The position numbers and the translations under genes were made by a program. Source: Anaerolineales bacterium (GTDB lineage: Bacteria > Chloroflexota > Anaerolineae > Anaerolineales > DRMV01). Taken from it: a DNA stretch of 64,000 nucleotides. Each line of letters opens with the position of its first letter. Within the stretch, counting starts at the first letter, position 1. This document shows, in pieces, positions 17,483 through 27,025 of the stretch. Location: assembly GCA_027023425.1 (NCBI GenBank), contig JALVVL010000026.1:24725-88724 (forward strand). The letters are read 5' to 3'. The notes under the pieces were generated by a model. That model saw only the letters and a program-made list of their open reading frames with translations, was not told the DNA's origin and did not search any database.

Positions 17483-18427
17483 ATGACAGGAAATCAGCCT
17501 CAAAAATTGCCAGCAATCCAAGAATCAAAGCCGCTGATTGCGCTTGTTACATCACCAAAGCCGTTTACCGACCCGCTGATCCGCACCATACAGACCAATG
17601 CTTTGCGTTCATGGCAGGCGTTGGGGGATGAGGTCGCCATAGTGGTTGTGGGCGATTCTGCGGGTGCGGAGCAAGCCGCGGCTGAGGTGGGCGCTCTCTA
17701 CGTTCCCGATGTGCCGACCAACGAGGAAGGGCTGCCGCTGGTTTCGGCGGTTTTTGAAGCCGCGCGCGGCGCAGGTGCGCCGCTTATTGCCTACGCCAAC
17801 GCCGACATCATCCTTTTGCCCGATTTTGTCTTCGGCGTGCGTGCGGTGGCAGGGCATTTTGAGCGCTTTCTGGCCGTTGCTCGTCGTTGGGATTTGGACG
17901 TGACCGATTTGCTTGATTTTGCCCCCGGCTGGGATGAGCGCCTGCGGGCGGAAGTGGTTCGGCGCGGCTCCCCGCACGGCTTTGCCGGAATTGATTTGTT
18001 CGTTTTCCCGCGTGAGGAATACCGCGCCGCTCCACCGTTGGTTATCGGCCGCGCCGGTTGGGATAACTGGATGATTTACCATGCCCGCAGTTTGGGCTTG
18101 CCGGTTGTGGAAATGAGCCCTTCGGTGACGGTGATTCATCAGAACCATCACTACAATCATCTGCCCAACGGGGAAAAGCCCCACCGTATGCTTGGCTCGC
18201 GGCGGAATGTGGAACTCGCGGGCGGCCTTGGGCGTATGTTTACCCTGTGGGAGGCAACGCATACGCTGCGGGATGGGCAGGTGAAGCGGCTTCCGCCGCG
18301 CTGGGGTGCATTTTTGCACCGCGCGGAATTGTTGCTGAAGGTCGCTCCACTCCCCGGACGCGCCCGCCAAATTTTGCTCAGGCCGCTTCGTTTGTGGAGA
18401 GAGGCGCTGGAGCGCAGGCAACCATAA
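17483..18427 (+). CDS. Hypothetical protein, possibly GT-A-like glycosyltransferase
   Basis: 314 aa, tightly following the cytidylyltransferase gene. YANADIILLPDF resembles a DxD region. No firm family assignment. Confidence 0.55.
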   Translation: MTGNQPQKLPAIQESKPLIALVTSPKPFTDPLIRTIQTNALRSWQALGDEVAIVVVGDSAGAEQAAAEVGALYVPDVPTNEEGLPLVSAVFEAARGAGAPLIAYANADIILLPDFVFGVRAVAGHFERFLAVARRWDLDVTDLLDFAPGWDERLRAEVVRRGSPHGFAGIDLFVFPREEYRAAPPLVIGRAGWDNWMIYHARSLGLPVVEMSPSVTVIHQNHHYNHLPNGEKPHRMLGSRRNVELAGGLGRMFTLWEATHTLRDGQVKRLPPRWGAFLHRAELLLKVAPLPGRARQILLRPLRLWREALERRQP

Positions 18428-18476
18428 ACCAGTGGAAACCAGTTGCGATGGTGTTATCCGATTCACGAGGTGAACC

Positions 18477-19460
18477 GTGGCGCGCATTGGCATAAACCCG
18501 GCTCGCGGCAAAATCTCATCTTACCGACCGGCGCGGGTTACGGCGGTGCTCATCACCTACATTCCCACGCTGGAGGGCTATTTTAGCCAACGGCTTGATA
18601 TTCTCAAGGCGGTGTTGGCGAGTGTGCGCCGCACAGAAGAGCCGTTTGACCTGCTGGTGTTTGACAACGCGAGTTGCGCGCCCGTAGTTGATTACCTGCG
18701 AGAGATGGAAAACGCGGGCGCAATTGACTATTTGTTGCTCTCGCGCCGCAATGTGGGCAAAATAGGGGCTTTTCAGATTGCTTTTCCGGCCGCACCGGGG
18801 GAGATTATCGCCTACAGCGATGACGACATTCTTTTTTACCCGGGCTGGCTTGAGGCGCAGTTGCGGATTTTGGAGGCTTTCCCAAGGGTTGGCATGGTGA
18901 GCGGTGTGCCGGTGCGCGATGCTTTTACCCATGCCCGCGGGGCGCTTGAGGAGTTTGCGGCCAACCCGCCTGCTGGTGTGGAGGTGCGCCGCGAGCGCCG
19001 CATTCCCGACGAATGGGAGGCGGATTGGGCGCTGAGCACTGGCCGCGATCCGCAGGAGCACCTTGCCGCCACCGCGGAGCATGTAGATTTGGTGCTTCGG
19101 CGCGGCGGCGTTGAGGCGATCGGGGGAGCAAATCACTTTCAGTTTGTCGCGCCCAAGGAGGTGATGATGAAGGTTTTGCCCCGCGAATGGACTGGGCATT
19201 TGATGGGGCAGATGCGTGAGTTGGATGCCGCGGTAGATCGCCTCGGTTACTTGCGGCTTTCTACCGCTGAGCGGTATGTGAGGCACATTGGCAATGTCAT
19301 CACCCCCGATTTAGCAGAGGAGGTACGCGCTTTGGGCGTGGAGGCCTCAAAACTGCTGACGCGAGTGCATCGCCATTGGTTGCTGCGTATTCCCGGCATG
19401 GGGCGTTTGCTTTGGGCGATTTACAACCGGTTGTTCTACATTTTGCATCCGGTTGAGTGA
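18477..19460 (+). CDS. Glycosyltransferase family 2
   Basis: VTAVLITYIP...LLVFDNAS...YSDDDI, the typical GT2 N-terminal half. Confidence 0.8.
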   Translation: MARIGINPARGKISSYRPARVTAVLITYIPTLEGYFSQRLDILKAVLASVRRTEEPFDLLVFDNASCAPVVDYLREMENAGAIDYLLLSRRNVGKIGAFQIAFPAAPGEIIAYSDDDILFYPGWLEAQLRILEAFPRVGMVSGVPVRDAFTHARGALEEFAANPPAGVEVRRERRIPDEWEADWALSTGRDPQEHLAATAEHVDLVLRRGGVEAIGGANHFQFVAPKEVMMKVLPREWTGHLMGQMRELDAAVDRLGYLRLSTAERYVRHIGNVITPDLAEEVRALGVEASKLLTRVHRHWLLRIPGMGRLLWAIYNRLFYILHPVE

Positions 19461-19464
19461 GCAA

Positions 19465-19985
19465 ATGGCGCAGTTTCAACTGCCGCCGCATGCTGTCGTT
19501 GCGAGCCGCGGAGCGGCGAAGCAATCTCCCGCCCGGGTAACGAGGCCGGTTTTGCTTTCCGGTAAGGGGATGGCTTCGGCTCCTGCGGAGCCTCGCCATG
19601 ACACGGCTTACCTTGTCGTTGCGAGCCGCGAAGCAAATTTCTTTTTTGCGAGCGGGTAGGGGCGAGGCACGCCTCGCCCCTACGGAAACCCCACACCCTC
19701 ACGCGTGGCTGTAGGGGCGCAGCGTCGCCGCGCCTGCCTTTGGGCCAAGTCGCCGTAGGGCGATTTGGCGAATAGTAGGTGCAGTTTCAACTGCCGCCGC
19801 ATGCTGTCGTTGCGAGCCGCGAAGCGGCGAAGCAATCCCCCTTTTTAGGCTGCGGGAGGCTGCTTCGGCGGCTTGCCCCGCCTTGCAGTGACACATTTCC
19901 GCCGCATGTTTTGGAAAGCAGTAGGGGCGCACGCCGTGCGCCCCTACATGCTGTTTTTGGACAGGGGCAAACCGCCGTTTGCCCA
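19465..19985. repeat. REP/BIME-like mosaic of hairpin modules
   Basis: GCAGTTTCAACTGCCGCC occurs twice (19470, 19781). TGTCGTTGCGAGCCGCG..GCGGCGAAGCAATC occurs 2.5 times. GTAGGGGCG...CGCCCCTAC hairpins at 19656-19683 and 19921-19947. GTCGCCGTAGGGCGA is also present. Confidence 0.9.
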
Positions 19986-19990
19986 GCACT

Positions 19991-21109
19991 TTACCACACC
20001 AGCCGCGGCATTCCACTGCCGCCGATGCGCACGGTGCTTGGGTCTTCAGGCCAAACACCGGGGATTTTCGCACCGCATTTCGGGCATGTGCCCTCTGGGG
20101 TGATGTTGTATTCTTCAATGATGTAGCCAAAGCGCTTGATGAGCGGCGCGCCGCACTTTGGGCAGAATGTGTGCTCGTATTGCCCAACGCGGCCGGGGAT
20201 GTTGCCCGCATAGACAAAGTGCAAACCGGCTTCTTGCCCGATTTCAGCGGCGCGCAACAGCGTTTGCACCGATGTCGGCGGCGGCTCGGTCATCTTGTAG
20301 TCGGGATGGAAGGCGGTTACGTGCCACGGAATGTCGGGCGAAACCGATGCGATGTAGCGCGCCGCCTCCATCAACTCATCGGTGCTGTCGTTGTAGCCGG
20401 GGATTACCAGCGTTACCACCTCTACCCACAAACCGAGGTCGTGCGCGCGCTTGATTGTATCCAGCACGTTGTTCAAGTTCCCGCCAAGTTTGTGGTATTC
20501 GCGCGGGTTCATCGTCTTCAGATCAATTTTGTAGCCGTCAAGGTGCGGGCGCAAAAATTCCAGCGCTTCGGGCGTCGCGTGCCCGTTGGAGACGAAAACG
20601 GTTTTTAGCCCGTGCTGTTTGGCGAGGCGGAAAATGTCCACCGCCCACTCAATCGTGATGAGCGGCTCGTTGTAAGAAGAGGCGATGGTGCGCGAACCGG
20701 TTCTCAGCGCCAAGGCTACCATTTCCTCAGGGGTAATTTCCCGAATGTAGCGCCCTGCAATTTCAGTGGCGGGGTCGCGCAGCGCCTGCGAGGTCAGCCA
20801 GTTTTGGCAAAACGGGCAGTGCATATCGCAGCCCAACATGCCGAAAGTGAGCGCGTCGGTGCCGGGCAAAAAGTGGTAGAAGGGCTTTTTCTCAATCGGG
20901 TCGGCTTGCAAGCCGGCAACATAGCCCCACGGCACCATCAATTTGCCGTCGCGGTTGAAGCGCACTTGGCATACGCCGCGCTTGCCGGGCTTGATTACGC
21001 ACCTGTGCCCGCAAGCAAGGCATCGCACGCTACCATCGGGCAGTTTCTCGTAAAGTTTACCCTCGCGGGTATGGGAATCTAACAACTCCGCGAGCGTCTG
21101 CGCTGCCAT
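19991..21109 (-). CDS. AmmeMemoRadiSam-system radical SAM enzyme
   Basis: N-terminal Cys-rich CLACGHRC..GVC. Radical SAM motif GCDMHCPFCQNW. C-terminal CPKCG...CPKCG. Confidence 0.8.
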   Translation of the reverse strand: MAAQTLAELLDSHTREGKLYEKLPDGSVRCLACGHRCVIKPGKRGVCQVRFNRDGKLMVPWGYVAGLQADPIEKKPFYHFLPGTDALTFGMLGCDMHCPFCQNWLTSQALRDPATEIAGRYIREITPEEMVALALRTGSRTIASSYNEPLITIEWAVDIFRLAKQHGLKTVFVSNGHATPEALEFLRPHLDGYKIDLKTMNPREYHKLGGNLNNVLDTIKRAHDLGLWVEVVTLVIPGYNDSTDELMEAARYIASVSPDIPWHVTAFHPDYKMTEPPPTSVQTLLRAAEIGQEAGLHFVYAGNIPGRVGQYEHTFCPKCGAPLIKRFGYIIEEYNITPEGTCPKCGAKIPGVWPEDPSTVRIGGSGMPRLVW

Positions 21110-21118
21110 GAAAGCCTC

Positions 21119-21535
21119 CTACCGCACCAGCATTACCGGGCATTTGGCGTGCGAGGCCACTTTGAGCGCCTCGCTGCCCAATAGCAGCGCGGCGATGCTA
21201 CTGATGCCGCGGGTGCCAAGCACAATCAAGTCGGCTTTGTGCACATCTGCTGCCGAAAGAATGACCTCTGCAGGTGCTCCTTCTATCGCCTCGGTTTCCA
21301 CATCGGCGAAATCGCCTATGCGCTCTTTGGCCTTTTCCAAAATTTCCTCGGCCTTTTCGGTCTGCCGTGCCATTGCCTCCTCAAAGTATGGGCTTCCCAA
21401 ATAGGGCGGTATTGGGTCAAACGCCGTAACGATAACCAAATGCGCTCCCACTGTGCGCGCCAGTTCTGCCGCTTTTTCTACAGCCTTCAGCGAAGGCTCG
21501 GAACCGTCTACCCCTACCAAAATGTTTTTGAACAT
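21119..21535 (-). CDS. Universal stress protein (UspA family)
   Basis: MFKNILVGVDGS...LIVLGTRG...VMLV. Confidence 0.85.
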   Translation of the reverse strand: MFKNILVGVDGSEPSLKAVEKAAELARTVGAHLVIVTAFDPIPPYLGSPYFEEAMARQTEKAEEILEKAKERIGDFADVETEAIEGAPAEVILSAADVHKADLIVLGTRGISSIAALLLGSEALKVASHAKCPVMLVR

Positions 21536-21643
21536 CGCAACCTCCTTGTGTGCTGTGGTGTGTTTTCCTTTTTCAGTATATTGATTTTTTAGTGGACTGT
21601 AAAGTGACCTCCGTTAGAGTTGTGTTAGAACACGGCATTGGGC

Positions 21644-21673
21644 TTGACTTCCACCCTTTCAATGCTCTACAAT
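21644..21673 (+). promoter_or_regulatory. Candidate promoter for the cbpA-like gene
   Basis: TTGACT-18 nt-TACAAT. Confidence 0.45.
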
Positions 21674-21761
21674 CTAAGTGACTCGGTTTGTTTGATGGCA
21701 AGCGCCGCTTTTGAGCGCTTGATTCGCCAAATACATCCCAGCATACATGGAAGAGGTGGAA

Positions 21762-22739
21762 ATGGAATACAAGGACTACTACAAAATTTTAGGAGTGCCC
21801 AAAAACGCCAGCGCCGACGAAATCAAAAAAGCATATCGGAAATTGGCGCTGAAATATCATCCTGATCGGAATCCGGGAGATAAAGAAGCCGAAGAAAAGT
21901 TCAAGGAGATAAACGAAGCGTATCAAGTCCTTTCCGACCCTGAAAAGCGCGCAAAGTACGACCGTTTTTCGGAATCGTACCGTCACTGGCAGAGCACCGG
22001 TGGGCAAGCGCCGTTCAATTGGGAGAACTGGACCCAAGGCGCCCCCGGCGGTGTGCGCGTGGAATTTCGCGATTTGGACGATTTGCTCGGTGGCATTGGC
22101 GGCTTTTCGGATTTCTTCCGCAATCTGTTCGGCGGATTTGGCGGGGTTGGAGGTGTTGATTTTGGAGATGTGGCCTACGCGACTGGCGGAGCAGGCACAG
22201 CGCAGGGGAGAAGGCGCACCGAGCGTCGCCGTCCGCCTGCGTATGAGCAGCCGATTGCCATTTCGCTGGCCGAGGCTTACCACGGCTCAACCCGCCATAT
22301 TGCCGTAAACGGCCGCCGCCTTGAGGTGAAAATACCGCCCGGGGCGCGCACCGGCACGCGCATCCGTCTGCCGGAGGCCGTGCCTCTGCCCGATGGAACC
22401 AAGGCTGACCTTTACCTTGTGGTTGAGGTAATGCCCGACCCGCGCTTTGAGGTGAAAGGGCACGACTTGCACACCGAGGTGACGGTTGACCTTTACACCG
22501 CTGTTTTGGGCGGTGAGGTGAAAGTGCCGACGCCCGCCGGCGACGTAATCCTGACCGTCAAACCGGGAACCCAGCCCGGGCAGATTTATCGGCTGCGCGG
22601 GCGGGGTATGCCTTACTTGAAAAATCCCGATAAACACGGCGACTTGTACGTGCACATCAAAGTCGCTTTGCCTAAAAAACTGACCCCGCGCGAACGGGAA
22701 CTCTTTGAAGAGTTAGCCCGTTTGCACAGGGGAAAGTAG
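21762..22739 (+). CDS. cbpA: DnaJ-class co-chaperone without zinc finger (CbpA-like)
   Basis: ATG 21762 with GAGGTGGA upstream. J-domain YYKILGV...KYHPDRN. G/F-rich linker. No CxxCxGxG repeats. C-terminal substrate-binding domains. Confidence 0.85.
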   Translation: MEYKDYYKILGVPKNASADEIKKAYRKLALKYHPDRNPGDKEAEEKFKEINEAYQVLSDPEKRAKYDRFSESYRHWQSTGGQAPFNWENWTQGAPGGVRVEFRDLDDLLGGIGGFSDFFRNLFGGFGGVGGVDFGDVAYATGGAGTAQGRRRTERRRPPAYEQPIAISLAEAYHGSTRHIAVNGRRLEVKIPPGARTGTRIRLPEAVPLPDGTKADLYLVVEVMPDPRFEVKGHDLHTEVTVDLYTAVLGGEVKVPTPAGDVILTVKPGTQPGQIYRLRGRGMPYLKNPDKHGDLYVHIKVALPKKLTPRERELFEELARLHRGK

Positions 22740-22788
22740 AACCTCGGCGCGCCGTGAGGCGCGCTAACCCTTTTGTAGGAGGCTTACG

Positions 22789-24027
22789 ATGAAGCGAACT
22801 TACACTTTCACCCTTGCCTTTTTTGCTTTGCTGGCGCTGGTTTTGGTTGCTTGCAACGTGGGCAATGTGTTTAACTTTGGTGCAAAGCCCACTGCTCAAA
22901 CTTCTCAGGCGGCTTTGCCTACCGTTCCCCCTGCTGAGCATAACGCTCCTCAACCTACGGTGGCGCCGAGCACAGGTGCACAAGCGGCCGTTTCCGGCGC
23001 TTCGGTGGCTACATTTCAAAGCGAATTGGTGAACCTTTACCGCAAAGTTTCCCCCGGTGTTGTTGCTGTTCGCGTTTACCTCAAGCAAGGTGGCGTGCAG
23101 GGCTCGGGATTTGTGTTTGACAAGAAGGGGCATATCGTGACCAACTATCACGTCGTCGCCGATGTGACGCCCAGCACCAAGATTGAGGTGGACTTTATGT
23201 CGGGCTTGAAGGCGTGGGCTCGTGTGGTCGGTACGGATTTGGATTCCGACCTTGCAGTGCTTCAAGTTGAAGATGTGCCTGCCAGCAAATTGCACCCCCT
23301 CCCGCTGGCAGATTCTGAGAAAGTGCAGGTTGGGCAAATTGCAGTTGCCTTGGGCAACCCCTTCGGCCTGAAGGGCACGATGACCGTTGGCGTTGTTTCG
23401 GCGTTAGGGCGCACGATGCCCTCCGAGCATCATGCCAAAAGCGGCGGCTATTTCACCTTGGGCGACATGATTCAAACCGACGCCCCCATCAACCCCGGCA
23501 ACTCTGGTGGCCCGCTGCTCAACTTGAAGGGTGAGGTAATCGGTGTAAACCGCGCCATCCGCACCACCAACGTGAACCCGCTTGGCGAGCCTACCAACAG
23601 CGGAATTGGCTTTGCCATTCCCAGCAACATTGTCAAGCGCGTTGTGCCTGCCTTGATCACTAAAGGCCGCTACGACTATCCTTACCTTGGCATTGTGAGC
23701 GTCGGCGACCTCACGCTCGAGGATGTTGAGAACTGGAACTTGCCTCAGGATACTGGTGCTTACATTGTTACTGTGGTGCCCGGTAGCCCGGCGGATAAGG
23801 CCGGTTTGCACGGCGCGATTCCTTATGATGAGTACAACCCCAACGCTGAAATTCCTGCAGGTGGGGATTTGATAGTCGCTGTGGATGGGTATCCGGTGCG
23901 GGAATTCAACGACCTGATTCACTACCTCTTTACCTACACTGGTCCGGGTGACACCGTTACGCTGACGGTTATCCGCGACGGCAAGAAGATCAACCTGAAG
24001 TTGACGTTAGGCAAACGGCCGCACTAA
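22789..24027 (+). CDS. HtrA/DegP-family serine protease with PDZ domain
   Basis: N-terminal membrane anchor or signal. TNYHV, D...AVL and GNSGGPL catalytic triad context. C-terminal PDZ. Confidence 0.9.
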   Translation: MKRTYTFTLAFFALLALVLVACNVGNVFNFGAKPTAQTSQAALPTVPPAEHNAPQPTVAPSTGAQAAVSGASVATFQSELVNLYRKVSPGVVAVRVYLKQGGVQGSGFVFDKKGHIVTNYHVVADVTPSTKIEVDFMSGLKAWARVVGTDLDSDLAVLQVEDVPASKLHPLPLADSEKVQVGQIAVALGNPFGLKGTMTVGVVSALGRTMPSEHHAKSGGYFTLGDMIQTDAPINPGNSGGPLLNLKGEVIGVNRAIRTTNVNPLGEPTNSGIGFAIPSNIVKRVVPALITKGRYDYPYLGIVSVGDLTLEDVENWNLPQDTGAYIVTVVPGSPADKAGLHGAIPYDEYNPNAEIPAGGDLIVAVDGYPVREFNDLIHYLFTYTGPGDTVTLTVIRDGKKINLKLTLGKRPH

Positions 24028-24039
24028 CTGCTTGAAAAG

Positions 24040-24071
24040 CAGGGGCGCATTTTGTGCGCCCCTGTTTCGTT
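24040..24071 (+). terminator. Terminator-like hairpin after htrA
   Basis: CAGGGGCGCA-tttt(g)-TGCGCCCCTG followed by TTTCGTT (weak U-run). Confidence 0.45.
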
Positions 24072-24105
24072 GAAGTCCGAAGTTACCCAACCTCGGAGGT
24101 GCGAT

Positions 24106-25215
24106 ATGCCTGTTAACTCAGTGGTAACCGAAGAAGAGTTGCGCCAACTCTTGTCGTTTCGGCCGGGCGTTCCCGTCCTTTCGGTGTATTTGAACACTTC
24201 GCCGGAAATGGGGAACGCAGATGACCACCGCACGCGTTTGAAGGCTTTGCTTAGGAAAACCTCACTCCGCGAGGACGCAGAGGCCGTCCAGCAGTATTTT
24301 GAGCAATCGCATGACTGGAGCGGCCGCTCGGTGGTAGTGTTTTCGGCCAAGGGGGCCGATTTCTTCCGTGTTTACATCATGCAGGTCGGCATCCGCGACC
24401 AAATTTGGGAGGGCAAAGCGCCCTACGTGCGCCCTTTGACTTCGGCTTTTGACGCCTACGGGTTTTACGGCGTGGTGTTGGTGAACAAGGAAGAAGCCCG
24501 CTTCTTTGTGTTCCATTTGGGAATTTTGGAGGAGCAAGAGGGCTTCAAGGGCGAAAAGATTAGGCATTTGAAAGCCGGGCAAAGTTCTTCAAAGCCCGGG
24601 ATGAAAGTGGGCGCCCCCGGACTTGACAACCGCGTTGAGGAAATTGTTGAGCGCAATTTCCGCAATGCCGCGAACGCCGCGATGCGCTTCTTCGCCGAGC
24701 ACAAGGTGCGTCGCATTCTCATCGGCGGCAGCGAGGAGAATGTTGCCGCGTTCCGCCGCTTTTTGCCCAAGCGCTGGCAGAGCCTGATTGTGGGCACTTT
24801 CCCGATGGATATGCGCGCCAGCCATGCCGATGTGTGGCGTAAAGCGATGGAAATTGGCGAAGAAGCCGAGCGCAAGCAGGAAGCCCGCCTGATTGAAAAC
24901 ATCCGCACTTTGGCGGCGAAAGGCGGGCCTGCGGTGACCGGCCTTGATGAGGTGCTGGGAGCGGCGCACGAAGGGCGTATTCAACTTTTGGTTGTAGAAG
25001 AGGGCTATGCAGAGCCCGGCTACCGCTGCAAGCAGTGTGGCTTCCCAACCACGCAGAAATTGGATGAATGCCCGTTCTGCGGCGGTGAGTTTGAAGAGGT
25101 GCCGGATGCCGTGGAACTCGCTGTCCGCAAGGCTTTGGATGACGGCGGCGAGGTGGAAGTGGTGCCGCGGCCGCTTGACGAAATTGCCCATGTCGGCGCG
25201 CTGCTGCGCTATTGA
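24106..25215 (+). CDS. Bacterial archaeo-eukaryotic release factor (aeRF1/Pelota/Vms1-like) family protein with zinc ribbon
   Basis: ATG 24106 with GGAGGT upstream. YGVVLVNKEEARFF, KAGQSS loop, RILIGGSEE, AVTGLDEVLGAAHEGRIQLLVV, CKQCG...CPFCG insert and C-terminal VGALLRY. These are colinear with eRF1/Pelota domains 2-3. Confidence 0.7.
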   Translation: MPVNSVVTEEELRQLLSFRPGVPVLSVYLNTSPEMGNADDHRTRLKALLRKTSLREDAEAVQQYFEQSHDWSGRSVVVFSAKGADFFRVYIMQVGIRDQIWEGKAPYVRPLTSAFDAYGFYGVVLVNKEEARFFVFHLGILEEQEGFKGEKIRHLKAGQSSSKPGMKVGAPGLDNRVEEIVERNFRNAANAAMRFFAEHKVRRILIGGSEENVAAFRRFLPKRWQSLIVGTFPMDMRASHADVWRKAMEIGEEAERKQEARLIENIRTLAAKGGPAVTGLDEVLGAAHEGRIQLLVVEEGYAEPGYRCKQCGFPTTQKLDECPFCGGEFEEVPDAVELAVRKALDDGGEVEVVPRPLDEIAHVGALLRY

Positions 25216-25239
25216 GGCAAGGGGTGAGGAACGAAGTTT

Positions 25240-25312
25240 TCACACGGAGGACACACGGGGAGCACGGAGGCTTTTGCCTTTTTTCTCCGTGTCCTCTGTG
25301 TTCTCCGTGTGA
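25240..25312. repeat. Long imperfect palindrome built from (CACGGAGR)n / (CTCCGTGT)n
   Basis: tcacacggaggacacacggggagcacggag ... ctccgtgtcctctgtgttctccgtgtga. Same family as 47506-47578. Confidence 0.85.
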
Positions 25313-25332
25313 GTTTGTTGGGTCAAACACGA

Positions 25333-25363
25333 GGGCGCGGAGTTCTCCGCGCCCTTGGTTTTT
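25333..25363 (+). terminator. Rho-independent terminator
   Basis: GGGCGCGG-agttct-CCGCGCCC followed by TTGGTTTTT. Confidence 0.6.
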
Positions 25364-25394
25364 GTAACCGTCTACCTGCCTCGCAAGCGAGGGA

Positions 25395-25600
25395 AAACAC
25401 TTCAGCACAGCCCGAGTAAAGTCCACGCAGGTGGACTTCGTAACTTGTAGCCTGCGACTTTAGTCGCTGAATGCGAGCAGTGGCAGTTGAAACTGCACCT
25501 ACTGCCTGCGAAGTCGCCCTACGGCGACTATTTGAGGAAAGCAAGCCCCAAAATGGCATTGCGCCCACCCTTCACGTGGGTAATTGCCTGTTTTTTCACC
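25395..25600 (-). repeat. ~200-nt composite REP-like element immediately 3' of argH
   Basis: Minus strand reads AATTACC...CCATTTTGGGG...AGTCGCCGTAGGGCGACTT...GGTGCAGTTTCAACTGCC...GCGACTAAAGTCGC...AGTCCACCTGCGTGGACT. Colinear with 43085-43312 and 38226-38340. Confidence 0.85.
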
Positions 25601-25617
25601 TTTGTGCCTTACGGCCA

Positions 25618-26994
25618 TCACCCTAACGCTTCTTTTGCCTTTTCCAACTGTGCGCGCACGGCGGCTGGTGCGGTGCCGCCTTCCACATTGCGGCGGGCTA
25701 AGCACGCTTCGGGGCTGAGTACATCCGTGAGGTCGCCCGCCAATGCCGGATGGATGGCGGCGCGCACATCCTCCGGAAGTTCGTTTAGCGGAACGCCGAG
25801 CCGCAGCGCGGCGCTCACCGCTTTCCCGACGATGCTGTGTGCCTCGCGGAAGGGGATGCCGTGCGTCACAAGGTAATCGGCAAGGTCGGTAGCCAAAGTT
25901 GCGCTGTCCAAAGCCGATGCCATGCGCTCGCGGTTCACCTTCAGCGTGCGGAGGGCTTTTGCGAGCACCGGCAAAAGCGCCATTAGGTCGTCGTAAGCGC
26001 GGAAAACGGGGGCTTTATCTTCCTGCAAATCCTTGTCGTAAGCCGAAGGCAACCCTTTCAGCGTTGCCATCAAGCCGGTGAGGTTGCCGATGAGCGCGCC
26101 GCTTTTGCCGCGCGCCAGTTCAAACGCGTCGGGGTTTTTCTTTTGCGGCATCAGGCTTGAGCCAGTGGAATAGGCGTCGCTCAGTTCAAAGAAGCCGAAT
26201 TCGGCGCTGGAAAACAGGATGACGCCCTCGGCGAGTTTGCTGAGGTGGACGCCGAGCATGGCCGCATTGAAGAGAAACTCGGCGGCAAAGTCGCGGTCGG
26301 AGACGGCGTCGTGGCTGTTTGGGGCGACGGCCTTGAAGCCCAAATCGGCGGCAAGGGCGGCGCGGTCAATGGGGTATGCCGTGCCTGCCAGCGCCGCGGC
26401 GCCCAACGGCATCACCGAAGTGCGCTCGCGGCTTTGGGCAAAGCGTTCGCGATCGCGCTGAAGCGCCCAGAAATGCGCCAGCCACCAATGCCCGAGCAAG
26501 ATCGGCTGTGCCTGCTGAAGGTGGGTGTAGCCGGGCATGATGGCGTCCAAATCGGCTTCGGCGCGCTCCAGCAGGGCGCTTTGCAGTTCGGCGATGGCGC
26601 GGCGCACCGCGTCAATCGCGTCCAGCATCCACAGGCGAAAGTCGGTCGCCACTTGGTCGTTGCGGCTTCTGCCGGTGTGAAGTTTGCCGGCGACCGCGCC
26701 GACCAATTCCCCCAAGCGCCGTTCAACCGCCGTGTGGATGTCTTCATCGGTTGGGGCAAACACAAACCGCCCCTCGGCAAACTCTGCCGCGACCCGCTCA
26801 AGCCCATCTTGCAGGGTTTGGGCTTCTTGGGCGGTGAGGACACCGGCGCGGTGCAGCGCTCGCACCCATGCTTGGCTGCCGCGGATATCGTGGAACGCCA
26901 AACGGCGGTCAACCATGATTGACGCGTTCAGCGCCCACATCTGCGGGTCGGTTTCCTGCTCAAACCGCCCGCCCCAAAGCGTGTGTTTTTCCAT
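25618..26994 (-). CDS. argH: Argininosuccinate lyase
   Basis: 458 aa with fumarate-lyase signature GSSLMPQKKNPD. Confidence 0.95.
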   Translation of the reverse strand: MEKHTLWGGRFEQETDPQMWALNASIMVDRRLAFHDIRGSQAWVRALHRAGVLTAQEAQTLQDGLERVAAEFAEGRFVFAPTDEDIHTAVERRLGELVGAVAGKLHTGRSRNDQVATDFRLWMLDAIDAVRRAIAELQSALLERAEADLDAIMPGYTHLQQAQPILLGHWWLAHFWALQRDRERFAQSRERTSVMPLGAAALAGTAYPIDRAALAADLGFKAVAPNSHDAVSDRDFAAEFLFNAAMLGVHLSKLAEGVILFSSAEFGFFELSDAYSTGSSLMPQKKNPDAFELARGKSGALIGNLTGLMATLKGLPSAYDKDLQEDKAPVFRAYDDLMALLPVLAKALRTLKVNRERMASALDSATLATDLADYLVTHGIPFREAHSIVGKAVSAALRLGVPLNELPEDVRAAIHPALAGDLTDVLSPEACLARRNVEGGTAPAAVRAQLEKAKEALG

Positions 26995-27025
26995 GCCTTC
27001 CTCCCGCTGCCTGCTGCCGAATTTC

